Source of the DNA: Eubacterium callanderi
GTDB taxonomy: Bacteria > Bacillota > Clostridia > Eubacteriales > Eubacteriaceae
Direction: 5' to 3'
DNA length: 24,000 nucleotides
Assembly (NCBI RefSeq): GCF_900142645.1
Contig: NZ_FRBP01000008.1
Coordinates: forward strand, 6,743 to 30,742
In this document: in pieces, positions 7,230-14,554 of the stretch
How the letters are laid out: every line of letters begins with the position of its first letter
Position numbering within the stretch: the first letter of the stretch is position 1
Made by a program: the position numbers and the translations under genes
Notes under the pieces: model-generated
The model's input: only the letters and a program-made list of their open reading frames with translations
The model's database searches: none
Told to the model about the DNA's origin: nothing

Positions 7230-7269
7230 TAAAGTGCAAAGGCGCTACCGGAAAAAAGGAGGTGGAACA

Positions 7270-9345
7270 ATGAAAGTGAATCAAAGACTGCTTGAGCTGG
7301 TTTATTTTTTTGAAAGTCATCCTCAGACAACAATGAGAGAGATCCAACATCAGCTGAGTCTGTCAGAAAATGCGGTGCGTTATGAAATGGATAATCTAAA
7401 TTACTACCTGTCTGTACTAAAATATCCTGAAATAATTAAGACAAATAATGGTGTTTACCATTCTACAATTGAGGATTTTGAAGGACTTGGTAAAAAATTG
7501 CGGGCGATCTATAAATCTGATCCCCAGGAACGTTTAAACTATTTAATGTTTAAACTTGTCCTTACTGGAAAGATCAATATCCGAAAAGAATCTGATTTTC
7601 TTGAAGTTTCTAGAAATACAATAAAGTCTGATCTTCGAAAAATCCGACCAATTTTGGAAAAAGAAGGAATTCTCATCGATACTGGCCGTCTGATTTCTGG
7701 GGATGAAAAAATCATACGAAGGTTCATCTCACGCAAATATAAAAGTTCTTATATGGTTCTTTTTTCAGGAATAGGAAAAAAAGAATTGATTAATCCGGCA
7801 GACCATTTGGTGATTGAAGATTTTTCTTTGTTGGATATTGAAAAATTGCTTATGCATATCAATGATCTTGCATCTAATTATCTTTTTACGGGCTTTTTCG
7901 AAGATTTTTTGTTACAAATTCTAGTGAATGTGCATCGAATAAAATATGGATACAGCCTCAAAGCTGTCTCAAGACAAAAAGAGCAACAACGGATTTCAAA
8001 AGAAGAACAACGGCATGTTGAAAAAATCATAGAGCTCTTTGCTGCTCAAATGAACGTTGATATCAATGATGAAGAAAAGCATCAGATGACGACGATGCTT
8101 GTTCAGTATAGTGATAAATTTTACAATAGTGCGTATCAGAAAAACCTACTGGCTATTAAGATATTTGTATCGAAGTTGGTCACTGCGGTTGGACAAGATC
8201 TCGAGATTAATCTGTCGGAGGATACCATATTATTGGAAGGGCTCTATCAGCATGTTAAGGGAACGATTTATCGTTCAAAAGGTGTTTTTGAAATAGATCG
8301 TCAAACTTATATTCAGGCAACTGAAGCTTATCAGGATTTGATTGAAAGTTTAAATGCACATGTTGGAAAATTATCTCAACCACTGAAGGTTAGTTATGAT
8401 GATGCGGATATCGCCCTTTTTGCAATTCATTTTTTAGGAGCCATCAGACGACATGATGAAGAAAACAGAAAAAACATTGTTGTACTTTTGGTCTGTCCTT
8501 CAGGTTATGGGACATCCGTTCTTTTGAAAAATTTTATGGAAAAAAACTACAATGTAACGATTGTCGCAACTGCATCAATCTATCAGATTTCTGAATATTT
8601 AACCAATGATATTGCCGTGGTTATAAGTACAATTAAACTACCTTTTGAAGTAAAGAAAGGTATTGATACTCCAGTTTTGACAATCTCTCCTTTTCTGACC
8701 TTTGAAGACGATAAAAACCTAAAAGAATTTGGAATTATTCAAAGAAAAAATCCTCAAAAAATTCCGATGGAAAAATTAGTAGAGGTCTTGGAAAAGTATG
8801 TTAAAGTTTCGGATTTAAATTGTCTGACTCGTGAGTTAAAACAAAATTTTCCTGGGATCATTGAAGAAGAAAAGTTGGAAAAGAGTTTGTTTGATCATTT
8901 GACCGAAAATGATATTACCATTATAGATCATATTGAAGACTGGAGTAAAGCGCTTCATCTATGTAGTCAGGTATTAATTGGAAAAAATGTTATCAACACA
9001 GCTTATTGTGAAGAAATTGAAAATTCAATTCATCTATATGGTGCACACTTTATCTTGCGTAATTCCATGGCAATTCCTCATGCTGGTGAGAAAGCTGGTG
9101 TGTTGGGCTCTGGAATGCACGTATTGTATATTAAGGACGGTGTGATTTTTCCTGATAATCTTAAAGTACGGATGATATTTTTCATTGCATCGAAAGAAAA
9201 AGAGCTCTTAATTAATACAGTAATGCGAATTAATGCTTTTTCAAATGACTTGAATTTTTATGATGTTTTTGATCAAAAGATTAAAGAGGGACGTTGTTTA
9301 GCAGCGTATCTAAAAAACTGGAGAAAGGGGGAGAGGGATGATTAA
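7270..9345 (+). CDS. PRD-domain PTS-controlled transcriptional regulator (MtlR/LicR/ManR-type: HTH/Mga - PRD - PRD - EIIB(Gat)-like - EIIA(Mtl/Fru)-like), 691 aa
   Basis: I moved the start from the ORF-track TTG 7201 to ATG 7270 because of aaAAGGAGGtggaacaATG. N-terminal HTH-like region. HFLGAIRR-type PRD histidines. VLLVCPSGYGTSVLL is an EIIB-like Cys loop. The C-terminal MAIPHAGEK is an EIIA type-2 His motif. Confidence 0.85.
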   Translation: MKVNQRLLELVYFFESHPQTTMREIQHQLSLSENAVRYEMDNLNYYLSVLKYPEIIKTNNGVYHSTIEDFEGLGKKLRAIYKSDPQERLNYLMFKLVLTGKINIRKESDFLEVSRNTIKSDLRKIRPILEKEGILIDTGRLISGDEKIIRRFISRKYKSSYMVLFSGIGKKELINPADHLVIEDFSLLDIEKLLMHINDLASNYLFTGFFEDFLLQILVNVHRIKYGYSLKAVSRQKEQQRISKEEQRHVEKIIELFAAQMNVDINDEEKHQMTTMLVQYSDKFYNSAYQKNLLAIKIFVSKLVTAVGQDLEINLSEDTILLEGLYQHVKGTIYRSKGVFEIDRQTYIQATEAYQDLIESLNAHVGKLSQPLKVSYDDADIALFAIHFLGAIRRHDEENRKNIVVLLVCPSGYGTSVLLKNFMEKNYNVTIVATASIYQISEYLTNDIAVVISTIKLPFEVKKGIDTPVLTISPFLTFEDDKNLKEFGIIQRKNPQKIPMEKLVEVLEKYVKVSDLNCLTRELKQNFPGIIEEEKLEKSLFDHLTENDITIIDHIEDWSKALHLCSQVLIGKNVINTAYCEEIENSIHLYGAHFILRNSMAIPHAGEKAGVLGSGMHVLYIKDGVIFPDNLKVRMIFFIASKEKELLINTVMRINAFSNDLNFYDVFDQKIKEGRCLAAYLKNWRKGERDD

Positions 9346-9793
9346 CGAAGAGTTTGTATATTGTAATGTTGATTTTTCGACATCTGAGGAAATGTTAACC
9401 ACAGTTTCAAAAGATCTGTTTATAGCTGGGTTTGTTACAGATATGTATGGAAAAAAAATAATAGAACGTGAAAAAAAGTACCCCACAGGATTGAAACTGG
9501 ATGGCTTAAATATTGCGATATGTCACACGGATCCAGAATATGTACTCAAAAATACCTTATTCTTTGTCAGACCAAAGCACGCAATTAAATTTAAAAATGC
9601 TGAAACACTCGAAGATATTGATGTGGATCTGGTCATTGGACTAGTATTTTCAAGTGGTGAAGAGCATCTGAAAATCTTGTCGTTTTTGGCTGGACTTTTA
9701 TCAGATTCACTGTGTATTCATAAAATCAAGGAAAGCAATACACCAAAACAGTTGGTAATGACGATGAAAGAAATTTTTAGAGAATGTGAGTAG
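9338..9793 (+). CDS. PTS EIIA component, type 2 (fructose/mannitol/galactitol family; SgcA/GatA-like), 151 aa
   Basis: Overlaps the regulator stop by 8 nt, which suggests translational coupling. Has an EREKKYPTGL sugar-family motif and the phosphorylatable His context NIAICHTDPEYV. Confidence 0.8.
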   Translation: MINEEFVYCNVDFSTSEEMLTTVSKDLFIAGFVTDMYGKKIIEREKKYPTGLKLDGLNIAICHTDPEYVLKNTLFFVRPKHAIKFKNAETLEDIDVDLVIGLVFSSGEEHLKILSFLAGLLSDSLCIHKIKESNTPKQLVMTMKEIFRECE

Positions 9794-9797
9794 AATA

Positions 9798-10910
9798 ATG
9801 AAAAAATTAAAAACAATCATTCGAGAATTGACTGATCTGCAAGGCAATGTCGGTTATGAAGACGCGGTAATTCATTCTGTGGCTGATCACTTGGAAAAGT
9901 TTGGAAAGGTAACAATTGATCATCTCGGTAACCTGATCTGTCATCTGACACCAGAAAATGTAGGAAAAAAGAAGGTAATGTTATTTGGGCATACGGATGA
10001 AGTAGGTATGATGGTTAAAGCCATTTCAGACGATGGTTTTGTTTACTGTGAAAAACTTGGTTCATTAAATCCGACATGTCTTGCTGGGCAGAGGGTTCAG
10101 TTGGATGGAGAGTTTGGAAAAGTTAATGGAATTATTGGAGTAAAATCGCACCATTTGTTGACGGAAACAGATAGAAAGGGACAAAAGACAGTTCAGGAAC
10201 AATATATAGATATTGGAGCAGTAAGCAAAGAAGATGTACTTGAAGCTGGGGTTCAAGTTGGAACGCCGGTAAGTTTTAAACCGGAATTTATGGAACTCCA
10301 AAACAATTGTATTGCGAATAAATCGATGGATGATCGGGCAGCTGTTGGAATATTGATTTACCTTGCTGAATGTTTAGATGTCAAAGCATGTAAAGCAGAT
10401 ATTTATTTGGTCTTCAGCGTTCAAGAAGAATTCAACACTCGAGGAATTATGCCTGCTGTACGGACAATTGACCCTGATATCGTTTTGGGAATTGATGTAA
10501 CACCAGCGACAGATACGCCAGATCTTAAAGGAATGTCGGAAATAGCTTTGGGAAAAGGACCAGCAATAACATACATGAATCACCACAGCCGTGGTACTTT
10601 GGCAGGGATTGTTCCTAATAAGCGTTTTCTTTCACATTTAGAGGAAATAGCAAAGGATGCAGGAATTTCGTTAAATCGTGAAGTTGCTTGCGGAATACTG
10701 ACCGAGACGGCCTACATCGCGATTGAGAATAGTCGGGTAGTGGTGGCGAATCTTTCTCTACCTACCCGATATACACATAGTCCAGTGGAAGTAATTAACC
10801 TTGAAGATGCTTTAGGAATAGTGACTATTTTAGAAAGATTTTTAATGGGTGTAGATGAAAAGACCCGTTTTGGAAAAGATGTTGATTTTGAAAGGAGAGT
10901 AAAATCATGA
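9798..10910 (+). CDS. M42 family metallopeptidase homologue (FrvX/SgcX/YpdE-like), 370 aa
   Basis: Motifs LFGHTDEVGMMV, NKSMDDRAAV and FSVQEEFNTRG are typical of M42 metal-ligand motifs. Start chosen at ATG 9798 (MKKLKTIIRELTDLQG...) over GTG 9786, but both have weak SDs. Confidence 0.8.
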   Translation: MKKLKTIIRELTDLQGNVGYEDAVIHSVADHLEKFGKVTIDHLGNLICHLTPENVGKKKVMLFGHTDEVGMMVKAISDDGFVYCEKLGSLNPTCLAGQRVQLDGEFGKVNGIIGVKSHHLLTETDRKGQKTVQEQYIDIGAVSKEDVLEAGVQVGTPVSFKPEFMELQNNCIANKSMDDRAAVGILIYLAECLDVKACKADIYLVFSVQEEFNTRGIMPAVRTIDPDIVLGIDVTPATDTPDLKGMSEIALGKGPAITYMNHHSRGTLAGIVPNKRFLSHLEEIAKDAGISLNREVACGILTETAYIAIENSRVVVANLSLPTRYTHSPVEVINLEDALGIVTILERFLMGVDEKTRFGKDVDFERRVKS

Positions 10911-11182
10911 AAAAAGTAATTGTCGCCTGTGGAACAGGTATGGCTACGTCTTCGATCATTTCAGAGAAAGTTCGGGAGATTCTCGACAAAAATGATATTC
11001 AATATACATTAAGTCAAGTGCAACTGAGTGAACTTGAGATGTACAAAGGAGCGGATCTTTTTATCACATCGATGAAGTTGCAGGAGGATTACGGGCTGCC
11101 GGTTGTGGTTGGTACCCCGTTTCTCATTGGAATTGGCGAGGATGAAGCGGCTCAAAAGATTTTGGATATTTTGAAAAATTAA
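10907..11182 (+). CDS. PTS EIIB component, galactitol family (GatB/SgcB-like), 91 aa
   Basis: ATGA overlap with the upstream stop. N-terminal KKVIVACGTGMATSS is the phospho-Cys loop. Confidence 0.85.
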   Translation: MKKVIVACGTGMATSSIISEKVREILDKNDIQYTLSQVQLSELEMYKGADLFITSMKLQEDYGLPVVVGTPFLIGIGEDEAAQKILDILKN

Positions 11183-11202
11183 ACTGTCAGGGGGGAGAGA
11201 GT

Positions 11203-12519
11203 ATGGAAGCAGTTTTTGATTATATTTTATCATTAGGATCGACCGTTTTTGTTCCTATTGTTCTGTTTGTGATCGGATTATTCTTTGGTTTGGGATTTTT
11301 TCGATCATTGAAATCGGGCATTACCGTAGGTGTAGGTTTTATTGGATTTAATCTAGCCGTTGGTCTAATTTCAAGTATTTTGTCACCAGCGGTAAATTTA
11401 ATAGTTGAACGTTTTGGGTTCAATTTGACTGTAATTGATCTTGGCTCAGCTGCAGGCGCAGGCGTTGCTTTTTCGACAATGGTTGGTGCATTAATCATCC
11501 CTTGTGTTTTTCTGTTAAATGTTATCTTACTGGCAATTGGCGCTACAAAGACGATGAATATTGATATTTTTAACTATTCTCATTATGCTTTTACTGGTGC
11601 CGTAGTTAATCTGATAACTGGAAATGTGATTGTAGGGATGGGTGCTGCACTAATTCAAGCGACTTGGTCGTTGCTTTCGGCTGACTATACAGCGAAGCGT
11701 GTTCAAAATGAGATTGGTGTAGAAGGTATATCGATCCCTCAAGGTTATGCTGCAAGTAGTGTACCACTATTTGTGATTTTAGATAAACTTTATTCAAGGA
11801 TTCCATTTATTAATAATTCAGAACTTGATATCAAAAAACTCCAAAATAAAGTGGGCTTTATAGGAGATCCAGTAATCATTGGGGCAATCCTTGGTATTAT
11901 TCTGAGCCTACTGGCAGGGTATGGATTTAAAGACAGCGCGAACCTTGTTATGGGCGTCTGTGCGATTATGGTTCTATTCCCGAGAATGATTAAAATTATA
12001 GTTGAGGGATTAATGCCTCTTTCTGAAGCAGCCAAAGGATTCTTTGCTAAACATTTTTCTGGTAGGGAAGTGTACATTGGCTTGGATTCAGCTGTGACGC
12101 TTGGTCATCCAACAACAATGATTATAGGAACCCTTATTATTCCTATTACACTGGTCATTGCAACGATTCTTCCAGGCAATAAGGTTCTTCCACTGGCAGA
12201 TTTGGCTTTTGCAGCGTTTTATATCTGTATGGCCACCATTATCCATAAGGGAAATATTTTGAAAACATTGATAAGCGGTATTATCAATATGATCGGTATC
12301 TTATATATTGCTACCTGGGTATCTCCTTACTTTACGACATTGGCAGTTCAAGGTGGTGTCTCTGAAGGCGGACAAGAGGTTAGTTCGCTGTGGGCAGGTA
12401 ATGTTTTTGATTTTATTATCGCGAATTTAGGATTTTTAGGATACGCCGGTTTAGGAATATTGGTTATTATTACCATCGGATTGATGGTTTTTGTAAAAAA
12501 ATATGCAATGAAAGAATAA
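11203..12519 (+). CDS. PTS EIIC permease, galactitol family (GatC/SgcC-like), 438 aa
   Basis: SD GGGGGAGAG 4 nt upstream of the ATG. Polytopic membrane protein. The N-terminus FDYILSLGSTVFVPIVLFVIG...GVGFIGFNL resembles the GatC N-terminus. Size matches the family. Confidence 0.85.
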   Translation: MEAVFDYILSLGSTVFVPIVLFVIGLFFGLGFFRSLKSGITVGVGFIGFNLAVGLISSILSPAVNLIVERFGFNLTVIDLGSAAGAGVAFSTMVGALIIPCVFLLNVILLAIGATKTMNIDIFNYSHYAFTGAVVNLITGNVIVGMGAALIQATWSLLSADYTAKRVQNEIGVEGISIPQGYAASSVPLFVILDKLYSRIPFINNSELDIKKLQNKVGFIGDPVIIGAILGIILSLLAGYGFKDSANLVMGVCAIMVLFPRMIKIIVEGLMPLSEAAKGFFAKHFSGREVYIGLDSAVTLGHPTTMIIGTLIIPITLVIATILPGNKVLPLADLAFAAFYICMATIIHKGNILKTLISGIINMIGILYIATWVSPYFTTLAVQGGVSEGGQEVSSLWAGNVFDFIIANLGFLGYAGLGILVIITIGLMVFVKKYAMKE

Positions 12520-12543
12520 TATATAATAAAGGAGAAATAAAGA

Positions 12544-13365
12544 ATGACTTGGTTAAAAGATAAATTATTTACAGAAAAAGCGGTAATTGCAATGTGTCAC
12601 TTGGATGCACTTCCAGGCGATCCTCATTTTGACAAAGCAGGTGGGATGGAAAAAGTAATCCGTCATGCAAGAGAAGATTTTTTAGCGCTTCAGGAAGGTG
12701 GCGTGGATGCAGTAATGTTTTCAAATGAATTTTCTCTACCATATCTAACTAATGTAAAAACAGAAACCGTTGCGGCTATGGCACGTGTCATCGGAGAAAT
12801 TAAACCGTTGATCGAGATTCCGTATGGTGTGAATGTACTTTGGGATGCAAAAAAATCCTTAGATCTGGCTGTGGCAGTTGACGCATGCTTTGTTAGGGAG
12901 ATATTTACTGGTGTCTATGGGTCGGATTTTGGTCTGTGGGATACAAATGTTGGGGAGACAATTCGTCACCAACGATATATTGGTGCAGAGAATGTAAAAT
13001 TACTGTTCAATATTGTTCCAGAAGCTGCAGCTTATTTGGGTGAACGCGATATTGTATCAATTGCAAAATCAACAGTATTTAACAATCGTCCAGATGCATT
13101 ATGTGTTTCTGGCTTGACCGCGGGGACAGAAACGGACGCAGCAGTGCTAAAACGTGTTAAAGATACAGTTCCTGATACGGTTGTCTTTGCGAATACAGGA
13201 GTACGTTTGGAAAATGTTCGAGAACAACTTTCTTTAGCCGATGGTGCAGTAGTAGGGACAACCTTTAAAAAAGATGGCATATTTGAAAATCATGTTGACA
13301 AACAGCGTGTTAAAGCGTTCATGGATGAGGTTAAGAAATTTAGAAAAGATGTAAATGTCTGCTGA
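12544..13365 (+). CDS. BtpA/SgcQ family protein (TIM-barrel, function unknown), 273 aa
   Basis: SD AAGGAG. N-terminal AMCHLDALPGDPHFD matches the BtpA family (V)HL-x-x-LPG-x-P signature. The position after EIIC mirrors E. coli sgcQ. Confidence 0.75.
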   Translation: MTWLKDKLFTEKAVIAMCHLDALPGDPHFDKAGGMEKVIRHAREDFLALQEGGVDAVMFSNEFSLPYLTNVKTETVAAMARVIGEIKPLIEIPYGVNVLWDAKKSLDLAVAVDACFVREIFTGVYGSDFGLWDTNVGETIRHQRYIGAENVKLLFNIVPEAAAYLGERDIVSIAKSTVFNNRPDALCVSGLTAGTETDAAVLKRVKDTVPDTVVFANTGVRLENVREQLSLADGAVVGTTFKKDGIFENHVDKQRVKAFMDEVKKFRKDVNVC

Positions 13366-13368
13366 TAG

Positions 13369-14019
13369 ATGAAGAATAGAAAAAAATATAAATTCATTAT
13401 TGATTTTGATGGTACAATCTCTGTAAATGACAGCACAACAACAATTGCCAGGCATTTTGTACCTGAAATGCAAAAAAAATATGAAGAAAGGCTCCATAAA
13501 AAAGAGATATCTATTGCTAAATATGTTCAAGAATTGCTAGAAGCTTCCAATTTAACAGAAAAAACTTATATCCGTTTTTTAGAACAAAATATTGTTATTG
13601 ATCCAACTTTCAAGGACTTTATTAAAGAAGGATATGATTATACCATTGTTAGTGCAGGAGCATTTCAAAATATTTTTTATAGTTTAAAAGCTGCTAGTAT
13701 CGATATACCGCCATCAAGAATCCTATCAAATCAAATCCAATTTTTGTCAGGATGCCTAAAATTGCATTCATCAGAGTATCCTCATAAAAATGGGATCGAT
13801 AAGAAAAAAATCATTCAAAACTATCAAAGTTACAATATTCCTGTGATTTTTATTGGAGATGGTATATCTGATTTTGAAGGTGCAGAAGCGGCAGATGTTG
13901 TTTTAGCAAAACGAGATAAACTACTTGAGAAATACTGTGTCAAACATCAAATTTCGTGTTTTACCTATGAAAATTTTCGAGATATATGTCATATTCTTGA
14001 AAATGAAAAATTAATTTAA
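13369..14019 (+). CDS. HAD-superfamily subfamily IB phosphatase (MtnX/phosphoserine-phosphatase-like), 216 aa
   Basis: Motif I FIIDFDGTIS (DxDGT) and motif IV IFIGDGISDFEGAEAADVVLAK. Starts 3 nt after the upstream stop. Confidence 0.8.
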   Translation: MKNRKKYKFIIDFDGTISVNDSTTTIARHFVPEMQKKYEERLHKKEISIAKYVQELLEASNLTEKTYIRFLEQNIVIDPTFKDFIKEGYDYTIVSAGAFQNIFYSLKAASIDIPPSRILSNQIQFLSGCLKLHSSEYPHKNGIDKKKIIQNYQSYNIPVIFIGDGISDFEGAEAADVVLAKRDKLLEKYCVKHQISCFTYENFRDICHILENEKLI

Positions 14020-14025
14020 AGTTAA

Positions 14026-14064
14026 GGCCACCCTTTGATAGCGTCTCAAAAGGTGGCCTTTTTC
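14026..14064 (+). terminator. rho-independent terminator ending the PTS operon
   Basis: GGCCACCCTTTG ... CAAAAGGTGGCC stem (one mismatch) followed by a T-run at 14059-14064, 7 nt after the HAD stop. Confidence 0.85.
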
Positions 14065-14143
14065 TGTGTAGGAAAGTGATTTATTGTTCTTATGGTCTAG
14101 ATCTGAGAATAGATCCTCTTAGGGCGAAAGGAGGAAAATTTAT

Positions 14144-14467
14144 TTGAATATCATTATAACTGTGCTCATAGCAATCGGAATTTTTATCTTGTCCGGTCTG
14201 ATTGGAACCTGTGTCGTACTGTATGTTAACGTCCGATATGAAATGAAAAAAGACCATACATTAAAGTTTAGTCTGGCAGTGATCGTTTTTTTATTGATCT
14301 GTTTGATTTTAGGGCTTTTCGGTATGCTTACTGCATTTGGGACAATGCCAAGTTTTTACTATGGCATTGTCCTTTTTGGTTTTTTGGCCGGTTTAGGCTG
14401 CATGTCCCTGATGTCCGTAGCTTCCCGGCAAGAACAGATCCATTACACCGGAGGTGAAAGAAGATGA
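14144..14467 (+). CDS. small integral membrane protein (107 aa, about 3 TM segments), unknown function
   Basis: TTG start with AAAGGAGG SD 8 nt upstream. Three long hydrophobic stretches. No motif recognised. Confidence 0.5.
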   Translation: MNIIITVLIAIGIFILSGLIGTCVVLYVNVRYEMKKDHTLKFSLAVIVFLLICLILGLFGMLTAFGTMPSFYYGIVLFGFLAGLGCMSLMSVASRQEQIHYTGGERR

Positions 14468-14554
14468 TCAAAAGAAGCCCCAAAAAGATCAGAGCACCAA
14501 CCTGACAGCAATCCTATTGCTAAAATTGAAAAATTAAAGAGAGGAAGAAAAAGT

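Noticed and set aside
10065-13530. Antisense ORFs across the PTS operon (10065-10301, 10374-10586, 11009-11233, 11220-11498, 11606-11806, 11790-12077, 13032-13280, 13234-13530).
   Set aside because: Each lies opposite a family-assignable + strand gene in a tightly coupled operon. None has independent support.
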